The position numbers and the translations under genes were made by a program. Below the pieces are notes generated by a model. It worked only from the letters and a program-made list of their open reading frames with translations. It made no database searches and was not told where the DNA came from. Positions 18,390 through 28,213 of a DNA stretch of 64,000 nucleotides are shown in pieces. The stretch spans positions 1-64,000 of the IMG/VR virus record IMGVR_UViG_3300033153_015023; one strand, given 5' to 3'. Source of the DNA: a virus. Positions within the stretch are counted from its first letter, which is position 1; each line of letters begins with the position of its first letter.

Positions 18390-18636
18390 AGAGTTTGATG
18401 GACATGCTCAGCCTGCTTCAGGTGCAACCCCTCTTTTTAAAGGTGATGTCAGGAACAAAAATTATCTTATCGAGTGTAAACGGACAGGCCATGCCTCTTA
18501 TACAATATTCTTAAAAGATTTAAAAAAGATAGAACGTTTTGCAAAAGACAAAACAAAATTGCCGATGATGATTATTGAGTTTGTTGGGAATAAAGAATAT
18601 GTTATATTAAGGAAGGAAGATTTTTTGAATGTATGA
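18310..18636 (+). CDS. PD-(D/E)xK nuclease, Hjc-like resolvase
   Basis: QEKRIAK..PASGA..KGDV..IECK. Confidence 0.75.
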   Translation: MMNKLPSWVEKENHKRESQKQEKRIAKEFDGHAQPASGATPLFKGDVRNKNYLIECKRTGHASYTIFLKDLKKIERFAKDKTKLPMMIIEFVGNKEYVILRKEDFLNV

Positions 18637-19450
18637 TATTTGTGTAATAGATGCAAAAAACTTTGTCTATAGAATGGATTGGGCTTATAGAGTTCTCAAA
18701 GATTCTAAAGATAGATCTACCAGTGTTTTGTATGGAACCATAAAAGGTCTTTTAAACTTAAAAAAATATTATCCTATAAAACGATTTATGTTTTTATGGG
18801 ATTCCTTTAACAGTTGGCGTGTTAATATCTATCCGGAATATAAAGCAGGTAGAAAAAAAGACTATCAGAATACGTTTACTGATCAAATAGATATTCTAAG
18901 AAAAGATATACTTCCATATATTGGTATAGATCAATTAGAGGCGAATGGTTATGAAGCTGATGACTTAGCTGCATGGATAGTAAAAAATTGTTGTGGTGAT
19001 ATATTATTAGTTTCTAATGATCATGATTGGAAACAACTTTTATGGAATGATTACATTTGGTTATTTGTACCTATTAAAAAAACTGTTCTAGGTAAACATT
19101 TAGTTTTAAAAGAAGAGGGTTTGACGCCACAACAGCTTCCTTATTATTGGAGTATAATTGGTGATACTTCAGATAATATAAAAGGTATTTATAGATTCCC
19201 AAAAAAAGAAGCTAAGTTATTAGTTTTAAAAACAGATTGTTTTATTAACTTTTCGCCTATTCAATCTAAATGGGAAAAGGTGCTAATAGAAAATATTGAT
19301 ATTGTAGAACGCAATTTAAAATTAATTCAATTGAATGGTAAAATAACTAATATTGCATGGACTAGATCTCTTAAAGATAAAAAGGTTTTTCAAGAAATTT
19401 GTAATGAATATGGTATTGTATCCCTGGTTGTAAAATTTGGGTTTTTATAA
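18629..19450 (+). CDS. 5'-3' exonuclease (FEN/RNase H-like)
   Basis: YPEYKAGR, EADD, SNDHD, GDTSDNIKGI. Confidence 0.92.
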   Translation: MYDICVIDAKNFVYRMDWAYRVLKDSKDRSTSVLYGTIKGLLNLKKYYPIKRFMFLWDSFNSWRVNIYPEYKAGRKKDYQNTFTDQIDILRKDILPYIGIDQLEANGYEADDLAAWIVKNCCGDILLVSNDHDWKQLLWNDYIWLFVPIKKTVLGKHLVLKEEGLTPQQLPYYWSIIGDTSDNIKGIYRFPKKEAKLLVLKTDCFINFSPIQSKWEKVLIENIDIVERNLKLIQLNGKITNIAWTRSLKDKKVFQEICNEYGIVSLVVKFGFL

Positions 19451-20013
19451 TGCTGTGGTTTATTATAACTTTACCAGCAAAACTTGCAGAATACCATCTT
19501 GAAAAAGCAATTAGACGGGGGTTATTGAACAGTCATTTTATTAGAAAAGATATAATTATCTATATTCCAGTACTTACACAGATAACAAATGGACATACAA
19601 CCAGCATATCTTTATATGAAGGTTATGCGTTTTTAGGTCTGCCTGATAAAGAAGACGTCTTTCAATTTTTTGAAGGTTTTGAAGACAGATATAACTTTTT
19701 GACGGTGCTACGAAAGGTTGTTACTGAAAAAAATCATGTTGGGAAATCTGTTGATAATAAAATACCTGCAATAATCTCTCGAAGTATTATAACTGATGCA
19801 AAGCGCAGATGTAGTACATCACGAAGGGAATCAGATAAATCTTATCGATTTAAAATTAAGGATAGAGTCCATATTACAAAAGGTGTGTTTGAAGGATTTG
19901 AAGGAACTATAAAACAAATAAGTTCTTTAGGGACAGAAGTGTTTGTCGATATTTTCTTTTTAGGTGCGACTACATCAATTCGTACGGATAAAGAAGATCT
20001 TGAAAAAATATAG
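19450..20013 (+). CDS. nusG: NusG-family antitermination factor (NGN plus KOW)
   Basis: LYEGYAFL; FKIKDRVHITKGVFEGFEGTI KOW. Confidence 0.8.
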   Translation: MLWFIITLPAKLAEYHLEKAIRRGLLNSHFIRKDIIIYIPVLTQITNGHTTSISLYEGYAFLGLPDKEDVFQFFEGFEDRYNFLTVLRKVVTEKNHVGKSVDNKIPAIISRSIITDAKRRCSTSRRESDKSYRFKIKDRVHITKGVFEGFEGTIKQISSLGTEVFVDIFFLGATTSIRTDKEDLEKI

Positions 20014-20022
20014 GAGCCGTTT

Positions 20023-22449
20023 ATGTCATCAAAGAAACTTAGTAAAACAGCAGAAGTAATTTTAAAAGAAAGATATTATAATCCAGGAGAGGATTGGCAG
20101 AGGTTATGCAGGCGAGTTGCAAAGTATATAGATATAGATGGAAAATATGAAGATCAGTTTTTTGAGATGATGTATGAATTGGATTTTTTACCTAATTCAC
20201 CGACATTGATGAATGCAGGAACTGAGTTGAAGAATCTGAGCGCATGTTTTATATTACCTATTCCAGATTATATGGATGGTATTTTTAATACTCTTAAAGT
20301 CGCTGCTTTGATTCAAGCATCTGGCGGAGGAACTGGATTTGATTTAAGTGACTTGCGACCGAAAGGATCTCGAGTTAGTAGTACAGGTGGGGTTACTTCT
20401 GGTCCCATTAGTTTTTTAAGAGTTTATGATTCTGCATCAAATGTGATTAAACAAGGAGGAAAACGGCGTGCCGCGAATATGGCTATTATGAGATGTGATC
20501 ACTTAGATATAAAGGAATTTATACGATGTAAAGCTGCGGAAGATAAAATTACGAATTTCAACGTTTCTGTGGCTGCTACAGATGATTTTATGAGAGCATG
20601 TGAAGAGGATACAGATTGGAAGCTTGATTTTAACACTCATAATTTAGAGCCTATTACTCTTCCTGCAAATGAATTAATGGATATGATTATCAATGGTGCG
20701 TGGAAGAATGGAGAACCTGGATTGTTTTTTATCGATACTGCTAATCGTTTATCTTCTATCGATGAGCGTATTGTTGCTACAAATCCGTGTATTGCTGGAG
20801 AGAGTCGTGTTGAGATTGTAGGAGATCGATTAAAATATCCGGAAGGTGTTCCGATCAAGAGTCTTGTAGGAAAGTCCGGTTTTTACGTACACAGCTATTG
20901 CAATAAAAGAAAGCGACTTGTATTAGGAAAGGTATCTCGCGTATGGAAGACCGGCAGAAAAAAAGTCTATAGAGTCACATATCAGTGGAAGGGTGGTAAG
21001 GGAAGAAAGGTACTAAAGGTAGGTTCTATTTGTGTTACAGCAGATCATGAATTTATGATGAGAGGTGGTCGTTCGAATGCTCACTCTCGGTTTATCGACG
21101 GAGAGTATGTTGCTGCTAAAGACTTAAGAGCGGGAGATGCTTTGATGCCATTAAACCATAAAGTTGTGTCTGTAGAGGAAGTCGGCTATAGAGATGTGTA
21201 TGATATGGAAGTTGAAAAATATCATAATTTTGCTGTTGAAGGTATAATAGTTCACAATTGTGGGGAAATTCCACTCCCACCGTATGGAAGTTGCAATCTA
21301 GGTTCAATTAATCTTTCTCAGTGTGTTGATGATGAGAGTGTAGCCTGGGATAAATTGAGCCAATTAATACATCTTGGAATTCGATTTTTAGATGATGTAG
21401 TTGAGCGGAATGAATATATAATTCCGGAAATTGGCGATTCTGCAAAAAAATATCGTTCTCTCGGTTTAGGTATAATGGGTTGGGCAGATATGCTTTTAAA
21501 GATGCAGATTAGATATGGTAGTGATAAGAGTTTAGATCTTGCTCGACGGATTGGTTCCTTTGTGAAAAAGGAGGCTAAAAAGGAGAGCTGGCGACTCTGT
21601 AAAAAAAGAGGAGAGAACAGCGAAGGTAAAGATCGGAGAAATGCAATGCTAACATCTATAGCTCCTACCGGAACGATTTCTATGTTAGCTGGATGTAGTT
21701 CTGGAATTGAACCGAACTTTGCATGGACGTGGCAATCAAATAGAATGGATAGAGTATTTGAACATTTTCATCCTTTAGCACAAAAATATTTAAAACAAGG
21801 AAAAGAGCTGCCGGATTATTTTGTAACTGCATTTGACGTATCTCCGAGCGATCACGTTCGAATGCAGGCTGTGTGGCAGGAAAACATTGATCATTCTATT
21901 TCGAAGACGATTAACTTGCCTAATGATGCTACGAGAGGAGATATTAGAAATGTATTCTTTCAGGCGTGGAAACTTGGTTGCAAAGGAATTACTGTTTATA
22001 GAGATGGTAGTAGGAGAGAGCAAGTTTTGGTTTCAAAAACAAAGACGGATATTGTCGGAGTTGAGAAAGTGGCTCCAATAAAGAGACCAGAGAAACTGTA
22101 TGGAACTACAATAAAACAGCAGACGAAAAGCGGTACTGTGTATACGACAGTGAATTTTATAAGTGACGCTCCGGTGGAAGTGTTTCTCAATACAGAGACT
22201 CGTCCGACAATTGATGGTTTAGGAAGATTGATTTCTCTTTCGTTGAGAAGCAATATCTCTGCGGAGGAAGTTATTGAGCAATTAAAGCAGAGTGGTGGAG
22301 TTGTTGAAGTTGCTGTTGCAAATGCAATTGATACATCTATTACAATAGAGAAGGATGAGCCGTGTCCGAATTGTGGTGTTAATTTAGTTCGCCGTAACGG
22401 TTGTAGAGAGTGTCTTTCGTGCGGATGGTCTGCATGTACAATATCATAG
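20023..22449 (+). CDS. nrdJ: Class II (B12-dependent) ribonucleotide reductase with intein
   Basis: FLPNSPTLMNAG, LSACF, QGGKRRAAN, TNP|CGE, APTGTIS, GCKGITVYRDGSR, C-terminal Zn ribbon; no small-subunit gene adjacent. Confidence 0.92.
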   Translation: MSSKKLSKTAEVILKERYYNPGEDWQRLCRRVAKYIDIDGKYEDQFFEMMYELDFLPNSPTLMNAGTELKNLSACFILPIPDYMDGIFNTLKVAALIQASGGGTGFDLSDLRPKGSRVSSTGGVTSGPISFLRVYDSASNVIKQGGKRRAANMAIMRCDHLDIKEFIRCKAAEDKITNFNVSVAATDDFMRACEEDTDWKLDFNTHNLEPITLPANELMDMIINGAWKNGEPGLFFIDTANRLSSIDERIVATNPCIAGESRVEIVGDRLKYPEGVPIKSLVGKSGFYVHSYCNKRKRLVLGKVSRVWKTGRKKVYRVTYQWKGGKGRKVLKVGSICVTADHEFMMRGGRSNAHSRFIDGEYVAAKDLRAGDALMPLNHKVVSVEEVGYRDVYDMEVEKYHNFAVEGIIVHNCGEIPLPPYGSCNLGSINLSQCVDDESVAWDKLSQLIHLGIRFLDDVVERNEYIIPEIGDSAKKYRSLGLGIMGWADMLLKMQIRYGSDKSLDLARRIGSFVKKEAKKESWRLCKKRGENSEGKDRRNAMLTSIAPTGTISMLAGCSSGIEPNFAWTWQSNRMDRVFEHFHPLAQKYLKQGKELPDYFVTAFDVSPSDHVRMQAVWQENIDHSISKTINLPNDATRGDIRNVFFQAWKLGCKGITVYRDGSRREQVLVSKTKTDIVGVEKVAPIKRPEKLYGTTIKQQTKSGTVYTTVNFISDAPVEVFLNTETRPTIDGLGRLISLSLRSNISAEEVIEQLKQSGGVVEVAVANAIDTSITIEKDEPCPNCGVNLVRRNGCRECLSCGWSACTIS
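20788..21258 (+). mobile_element. Mini-intein (157 aa) in NrdJ
   Basis: Starts CIAGESRV, block B VTADHEF, ends VYDMEV..HNFAVEGIIVHN before the C of CGE; no LAGLIDADG motif. Confidence 0.93.
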
Positions 22450-22967
22450 TCGGTTTAGATTTATCTCTTACTCATACTGGTGTAGGTATTATCTTTAATG
22501 GTAAGAGGGGTTATTTTAGTCTTATCCCAAAAAAGCTTTCTGCTGTTAAAAGATTAGCTTGGATTGAGACTCAACTAAAGTTGTTTATTGATTCTACATC
22601 GATTTGTTGTGCTGTGATTGAGGGTTATAGTTTTGGTAGTGTGGGAAGAGCTATTTTTAATATTGGTGAGTTAGGTGGTGTTGTTCAGTTATTATTATAT
22701 AAACATAATATCCGTACTATAATTATTCCCCCAGCAATTGTTAAAAAGTTTTGTTGTGGGAAAGGCAACGCTTCTAAAGATATTATGATAGAAGCTTATA
22801 ACTTATCCCACAATACAAATTTTACGTTAAAAGATAATAACGAAGTGGACGCTCTTTTATTAGCAGAAATACTGTATTCTTATTTCTATAGATATAATGT
22901 ATTCTTATTTAACTATCAGGAAGATATTATAAATTCTTTGGGGAAAACATGCGAGGTATTATATTAG
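22410..22967 (+). CDS. ruvC: RuvC-like Holliday junction resolvase
   Basis: GLDLSLTHTG, VIEGY, VKKF..GKGNASK, NEVDA. Confidence 0.85.
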   Translation: MSFVRMVCMYNIIVGLDLSLTHTGVGIIFNGKRGYFSLIPKKLSAVKRLAWIETQLKLFIDSTSICCAVIEGYSFGSVGRAIFNIGELGGVVQLLLYKHNIRTIIIPPAIVKKFCCGKGNASKDIMIEAYNLSHNTNFTLKDNNEVDALLLAEILYSYFYRYNVFLFNYQEDIINSLGKTCEVLY

Positions 22968-23566
22968 TAGATGATATTGATAAGCTTGCATACAAGCCTG
23001 CTTTTCCACATCAACTCGCAAAAGATCGTTGTCGAGAGGATAGACGTAAAAGATTGATGCTGAAAAAAATAAATGTGATTGCCGGCAAGTTCCTTCTTTT
23101 TCGAGAAAGAGAGATGTTAGAGATCTATATGTATCACAATCATCGAGTAAGAGATCTTAGGCCGTTTGTCCATTCGAAAACCCGATATTTAGTTTTATCG
23201 AAGATGCATCATATACTATATCTGCTTCAGCAATATCTTAAGTTTTTTTTCGAATACGATTATAAAGAAATCGATCAAGTTGCGAGAGAAGTATTGCTTC
23301 CAAAACAGTATATCTTTCTTTGTGATTATTTACGTTTGCATTCTTATCGTAGATGTAGTTTGTTGTATAGTATTTCTATTCAAGCGGTTTATTGTCGATT
23401 GCGGTATATTAAAGATCGGTTGCAAGGAAAATTATTTGTGGATAAAAAAGATATTGAGTTAAAAAAGGTTCGTAAAAATATAGAACGGGCAAGATATGTC
23501 CTGGAAGTAACAAAGCCTTTGGTAGAATTAATTACAACCTTACAAAGATATAGAGCAAAATTATGA
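22949..23566 (+). CDS. Hypothetical protein, possibly with sigma region 4-like HTH repeats
   Basis: LLPKQY...ISIQAVYCRLRYIKDRL pattern. Confidence 0.5.
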   Translation: MRGIILVDDIDKLAYKPAFPHQLAKDRCREDRRKRLMLKKINVIAGKFLLFREREMLEIYMYHNHRVRDLRPFVHSKTRYLVLSKMHHILYLLQQYLKFFFEYDYKEIDQVAREVLLPKQYIFLCDYLRLHSYRRCSLLYSISIQAVYCRLRYIKDRLQGKLFVDKKDIELKKVRKNIERARYVLEVTKPLVELITTLQRYRAKL

Positions 23567-23922
23567 CCATTGTATTTGATTGGAGTGTGTTGTGTATTCC
23601 TTCAAAGAAAACACGCTTCGGGTATCCTAGAAGATTCTCACGCAGCCTTGTAAAGTGGTTGATAAGACATGGTTGGAGAGTTTGTGTTATAAGCCCATTC
23701 TGGTTAGAAAGATTTCCTACAATGGAATTAGCAAGGCATTTTTTACGATTGAAATTTCCTTTTGTTGAAATAGTTCGTTTTAAATCACGTCCTGAATTTT
23801 CTATAATTGTTTCTTTTGATCAATTTATACAGAAAAAAAGATTTTTCTTTCTAAGATTATTTTTAAATTTACGTAAACTAACTAAGAGAAAACATCGTAT
23901 TACTGTATGGAAGAAAAGATGA
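23563..23922 (+). CDS. Hypothetical basic protein
   Basis: ATGA overlap with the upstream gene. Confidence 0.5.
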   Translation: MTIVFDWSVLCIPSKKTRFGYPRRFSRSLVKWLIRHGWRVCVISPFWLERFPTMELARHFLRLKFPFVEIVRFKSRPEFSIIVSFDQFIQKKRFFFLRLFLNLRKLTKRKHRITVWKKR

Positions 23923-24070
23923 AAAAAGAAAATGAAGTTGAGAAAGAAACTTATGCTCCATTTTGGGCTTTTGGTCATAAATTTATTGGGTATTATTATC
24001 AAACAAAAGAAGGAAAACAATTTACTTGTATTGCTGCGGATATAACTATAGCAAGATGGAAAAGAGATAA

Positions 24071-24310
24071 ATGGTTAAAAAAATGATTTGTGAAAGTTAT
24101 GAACCATATACTGGTTTTTATGATTTACGTACATTCATATTGCCTAAAAGAGTGTTTATAAAATTATGGATAGGACAGGATATGCTGGCGCATATGCGGG
24201 ATAGGGCTGAATACTATAAACGTTGGCATCCTAGCCAATGGCAAAAGGCAAAAGAAATGTGTGGTCAATATCAACAAATATTATTTCAATATAGGAGAAA
24301 GGAAAAATGA
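24071..24310 (+). CDS. Hypothetical protein
   Basis: Part of a run of coupled small ORFs. Confidence 0.55.
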   Translation: MVKKMICESYEPYTGFYDLRTFILPKRVFIKLWIGQDMLAHMRDRAEYYKRWHPSQWQKAKEMCGQYQQILFQYRRKEK

Positions 24311-24537
24311 GTAGAATAGAAAAGGATATGTGTGATAGTTGTGGTAGAATAACATCAGATAGATATGCTGAGACAGGATGGATACACTTTGCTGTTAATG
24401 GTGGGCTTACTATTACAGTATCGGAAGGGCGTGATAAAAAAGATCAAGCAATAACTATTTTTCATAAATTAAGTGATGATCTTGATTTCTGTTCTTTAGC
24501 ATGTTTTAGTGAATGGATTAAAGAGGAGAAAAGCTAA
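24307..24537 (+). CDS. Small Zn-finger-like protein
   Basis: CDSC...DFCSLAC. Confidence 0.65.
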   Translation: MSRIEKDMCDSCGRITSDRYAETGWIHFAVNGGLTITVSEGRDKKDQAITIFHKLSDDLDFCSLACFSEWIKEEKS

Positions 24538-24923
24538 TGCGTTTAACAGGTTTTTATTTAACAGATGAACAAATAAAAGAACGTGTAGAATGTTTTCGAT
24601 ATATTAGGGATGAAAAGAAGAATCCTATCGGGATTGTCGTTTTAGACAAACATGGTAGAATAGGCTGGAGTCTATACAACGATGTAGCGGAGAGAAGAGC
24701 TGCTGAGGAGAATGGATGTATACAGGAGATGGCTACTACAGATAAAGGATTGTTGATTGCTTTAAATAGAGCATCGGATGTTGCTGATCCAGAAACTGAT
24801 ATTCGTACCAGAATTGCGCAGGCTCATGAATATCGTATTGTAACAAGGTTGCTTGCAACACATATAGTTATCAAGGAAATGATTAAGCTAAGATATATCT
24901 GGAAAAGTGTTCCGAAGGAGTAA
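24537..24923 (+). CDS. Hypothetical protein
   Basis: TAATG coupling, GAGGAG SD. Confidence 0.65.
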   Translation: MRLTGFYLTDEQIKERVECFRYIRDEKKNPIGIVVLDKHGRIGWSLYNDVAERRAAEENGCIQEMATTDKGLLIALNRASDVADPETDIRTRIAQAHEYRIVTRLLATHIVIKEMIKLRYIWKSVPKE

Positions 24924-25095
24924 AAATATGGATACAGATAATAGATTGTGTATTAATTGTAGATATGTAAAAAGACTAGATAGTGTTGTTGGTAGATGTT
25001 TGGCAGTGAAAGGACGTGTATTTGCGTTTTGTAAACTCAAAGAACCGGGTCATGTTTGTGAAGATTTTAAATTGGCTAAAGAAGTAAAAACATGA
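24907..25095 (+). CDS. Small Cys-rich protein (start probably 24928)
   Basis: CINC...C...C; AAGGAG SD before 24928. Confidence 0.55.
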   Translation: MFRRSKNMDTDNRLCINCRYVKRLDSVVGRCLAVKGRVFAFCKLKEPGHVCEDFKLAKEVKT

Positions 25096-25196
25096 TCGAA
25101 TTAATTTTATTGGTTGTGGGATGGGTTGCAATTATCTGGATGATAATAGGGATAGTTAAGATTTTTATAAATAGGAAACAAGGAGGCAAAATGCCA

Positions 25197-25376
25197 TGAC
25201 AGAAGAGACAAGAGTTCGTTTGGGAGCGAAACAAAGTGCAAAAGGCGGGATTCAGCTTGACATTACCGCAGAAGCTTCTACAGTAGAAAAGGCTGGGGAA
25301 TTACTTGGTGAAGCGTTGGATACGTTAAAAGTGAAACTCCAGGAAAAAGGCTTTGAGTTAGTCAAAGCAGGGTAAA
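25197..25376 (+). CDS. Small hypothetical protein (not in ORF track)
   Basis: AGGAGG SD; MTEETRVRLGAKQSAKGG...VKAG*. Confidence 0.55.
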
Positions 25377-25447
25377 ATTATATAAGGGGGTGGATGATCT
25401 TATAATTATTTATCCCCTTGCCCTAAATATATAAGGAGAAAATAAAA

Positions 25448-25684
25448 GTGGCAGGGTATGAAGATATTACAACAGAAAAAATTGATGCAAGTAAGATTAC
25501 TGCTGAGAGATATGATCCTAAAACTTTTGAGCAATTGGATACTACTTATATAGGTCCGAAAAGAGATAAAGAATTACATAGAAAAATCTTAGAAGCGGAA
25601 TTTCTTAAAGAGAAGATAAAGAAAAAAGTAGTCAAAGAAAAAAACTGGCTATGGAAGATATTAAACCAATCTACGGAAAAGTAG
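25448..25684 (+). CDS. Hypothetical protein
   Basis: AAGGAG SD. Confidence 0.55.
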   Translation: MAGYEDITTEKIDASKITAERYDPKTFEQLDTTYIGPKRDKELHRKILEAEFLKEKIKKKVVKEKNWLWKILNQSTEK

Positions 25685-25706
25685 TAAATTACGTGGGGAG
25701 GGCAAA

Positions 25707-26345
25707 ATGAAAATAGATTTTGTTATAATAGTTATTTCTATATTAGTTTTATTTGGAATAGGTGTGAGGATGCAGAGTGAGGCTGAGATACAGGATATTT
25801 ATAAATCGAGTCAACATACTATAACTATGCAACAAATTGAGATCACTGCTCTTACTAGATCAATTAAATATTTGGAGACTAAAAGGAAAATTGTATATCC
25901 ATATCTTTGCCCGATTCATGTAGATGATTATAAACGGTTATCTTCTCCTTTTGGATTGCGAAAAGTACCATCTGGAATATATACAGGTGGTTCATTGACA
26001 CGGGAACATTTGGGAATTGATTTGGTGGGTACTAAATGGGCACGTGTTGTGCCTGTAGCTGCTGGAAAAGTACTTGAAAAATGGTATGTACCAGATGGTA
26101 AGCAGCGGGTAGGACATCCGTTGATGGGGGGATATGTTAAAATCAAACATAATGATGGATATATTTCAGGTTATGGGCATCTTTCGGCTATCTACGTTAA
26201 GGAAGGTGATACTATAAAGATTGGTGACATATTGGGTCGTGTAGGTTCCACGGGGGACAGTACTGGTCCGCACCTACATTTTAGTTTACAAGATCAAACA
26301 GGTAAATATCTTCAACCATTAAATTATATCGACATAGAGGATTAG
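25707..26345 (+). CDS. M23 family metallopeptidase with N-terminal TM segment
   Basis: HLGID, YGHL, GSTGDSTGPHLHF. Confidence 0.92.
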   Translation: MKIDFVIIVISILVLFGIGVRMQSEAEIQDIYKSSQHTITMQQIEITALTRSIKYLETKRKIVYPYLCPIHVDDYKRLSSPFGLRKVPSGIYTGGSLTREHLGIDLVGTKWARVVPVAAGKVLEKWYVPDGKQRVGHPLMGGYVKIKHNDGYISGYGHLSAIYVKEGDTIKIGDILGRVGSTGDSTGPHLHFSLQDQTGKYLQPLNYIDIED

Positions 26346-26457
26346 GAAAAATAAATGATTTCATATAAATTATGCAAAACGTAGAAAAATACGCTGGTTA
26401 TGTGTCAAGTGTCATGGTAAGTTAAGGAAGAAAAAATAATATTAGAAGGGTGGTTAT

Positions 26458-26712
26458 ATGAGTAAAACTGGAACTGTTAGAAGACTACCTTCAAGAAAAC
26501 CAGTAGGGACTTTTATTAAAATTGCTAATAGAGACCCAGAAGGTTCCCGAAAAGAGAGACGGAAGAAGTTTAAGAACTTCAAAAAAACTTATAAGTCCCC
26601 CTGGGGTTATAAGGGAATAACTAAAAGTATTATCTACTGGTATAAACGTATTAAAAAGAGACGTGTTCGTAGAAAACTGGCTTTAAAAAGTCAAAGGGAA
26701 AATAGGAAATGA
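26458..26712 (+). CDS. Hypothetical basic protein
   Basis: 84-aa ORF. Confidence 0.5.
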   Translation: MSKTGTVRRLPSRKPVGTFIKIANRDPEGSRKERRKKFKNFKKTYKSPWGYKGITKSIIYWYKRIKKRRVRRKLALKSQRENRK

Positions 26713-26921
26713 TGGAATCCTTTATTGTTTATTATCATTATGTAGTTAACAACAAAACAATTCTTGCTCATAGTGTAATAAAGGTTAATTCTATTGATGA
26801 AATAAGGGATATTATGAAAAGAAGGATGCTCAAAAATAAACTTCAGGGATTAGAAATTGATTCAATTATAACTAAAGAAAAAGAAACAGCTATGAATAGA
26901 GGAAGATTAAATACGTTATAA
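26709..26921 (+). CDS. Hypothetical protein
   Basis: ATGA overlap. Confidence 0.5.
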   Translation: MMESFIVYYHYVVNNKTILAHSVIKVNSIDEIRDIMKRRMLKNKLQGLEIDSIITKEKETAMNRGRLNTL

Positions 26922-26934
26922 GAGGGTATGATAA

Positions 26935-27321
26935 TTGAATACAAAAGAACTTAAATTCAGGATTACATATCAACATGAAGATACAGGACGATTTGTACAA
27001 AGAATTATAGAGCTGGGTGAGGCCTTTCCATATTTAGCAGAAAAGTGGTTTATAGTTGGAAAGGATCAATATATTGGCCTTAAGGATAAATCAGGTAATA
27101 AAATATATGATGGGGATATTGTTTATATATATGGAAGCGAATTTAATGATATACCTATGAGCAAAAGAACAAAGCAAAAAGTTGTTTGGGCTGAACCATG
27201 TTATGCTTTTGTGAATATGGATGTAGATATAAATACTACCTGTTGTATTTCAACTTATATTACTGGTAGGGATATGGAAATCATTGGTAGTATTTATGAA
27301 AATCCAGAATTGTTTGATTGA
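26935..27321 (+). CDS. YopX family protein
   Basis: LKFR...QYIGLKDKSGNKIYDGDIV...EIIGSIYENPEL. Confidence 0.85.
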   Translation: MNTKELKFRITYQHEDTGRFVQRIIELGEAFPYLAEKWFIVGKDQYIGLKDKSGNKIYDGDIVYIYGSEFNDIPMSKRTKQKVVWAEPCYAFVNMDVDINTTCCISTYITGRDMEIIGSIYENPELFD

Positions 27322-27500
27322 ATAAGGATAATAAGATGAAAGCAGGTTTAAAAAAACCTTACTGGTGTGGAATCTGTGGTCAAGAATTAGATAAAGAGGA
27401 TATAGAAGATGGATTAAAGGTGGGTGAGTTTATCGCAATTTTTTGTAGTAACTGTGATCAATATATTATTATAGATGTAAAAGATGATAAGAAAATATAA
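27318..27500 (+). CDS. Small Zn-ribbon protein
   Basis: CGIC...CSNC. Confidence 0.55.
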   Translation: MNKDNKMKAGLKKPYWCGICGQELDKEDIEDGLKVGEFIAIFCSNCDQYIIIDVKDDKKI

Positions 27501-27723
27501 GTATATTCATTTTATAAAAATAAAAGAGAGGCTTAAGAGGTCAGTTTGGATATGTTTAATTAATGACAATGGCCCTGAGATAGGTATTATAAAGTGGTAT
27601 CCACAGTGGAAAAAGTATTGTTATTTTCCGCATTGTATGGCTGTTTACAGTATTATCTGTCTTAAAGATATTGCTGATTTTATAGATTGGTTGGGAAAAT
27701 ATAGGGGTAAAAAAGAATGTTAG
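27484..27723 (+). CDS. Hypothetical phage protein
   Basis: GIIKWYPQWKKYCYFP...CLKDIADFI motif. Confidence 0.65.
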   Translation: MIRKYKYIHFIKIKERLKRSVWICLINDNGPEIGIIKWYPQWKKYCYFPHCMAVYSIICLKDIADFIDWLGKYRGKKEC

Positions 27724-28029
27724 CGATAATGATACTATCTCTTATAATAGGTTGGTGGTTAGGTTTTTTCACCTGCGCACTTTTTAAAGTGGATGGACAG
27801 GCACCAAGACCTTTAAAAGATAAACAGAAAAATAATTATAATAGGGGATAAAGAGCATGTGTAGAAAATGGCTAGTTCACGCAGTAGCTGAATGTAGAGA
27901 TTGTGATTTCAGAGAAGAAGATTACAAGAAGGCGCAGAAAACCGGTAGAAGTCATTATATAAAAACTGGTCATATGGTTACAATAGAAACTGGATATTGT
28001 CAGATTTATGGTGATAGGGGGCAAGGGAA

Positions 28030-28212
28030 ATGACTACTAAACAGTTAATTAAAATATTAAAAAAAGTACCAGCAAATACACGAGTATATATTATAGGTAA
28101 AAGAGAAGATATTTATGATGAGACTGTCGATAATGTTTTGATTCAATTTGAAAAAAGAACTGGAGAAACAACAGTATATCTTGATAGTGATTATATAAAT
28201 TGCGGAGATTAA
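28030..28212 (+). CDS. Hypothetical protein
   Basis: MTTKQLIKILKKVP type small phage protein. Confidence 0.6.
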   Translation: MTTKQLIKILKKVPANTRVYIIGKREDIYDETVDNVLIQFEKRTGETTVYLDSDYINCGD

Positions 28213-28213
28213 A

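Noticed and set aside
22410-22967. RuvC as a TasR-like effector for the array
   Set aside because: It is a stand-alone ~180-aa resolvase with no room for a Nop domain, 15 kb from the array.
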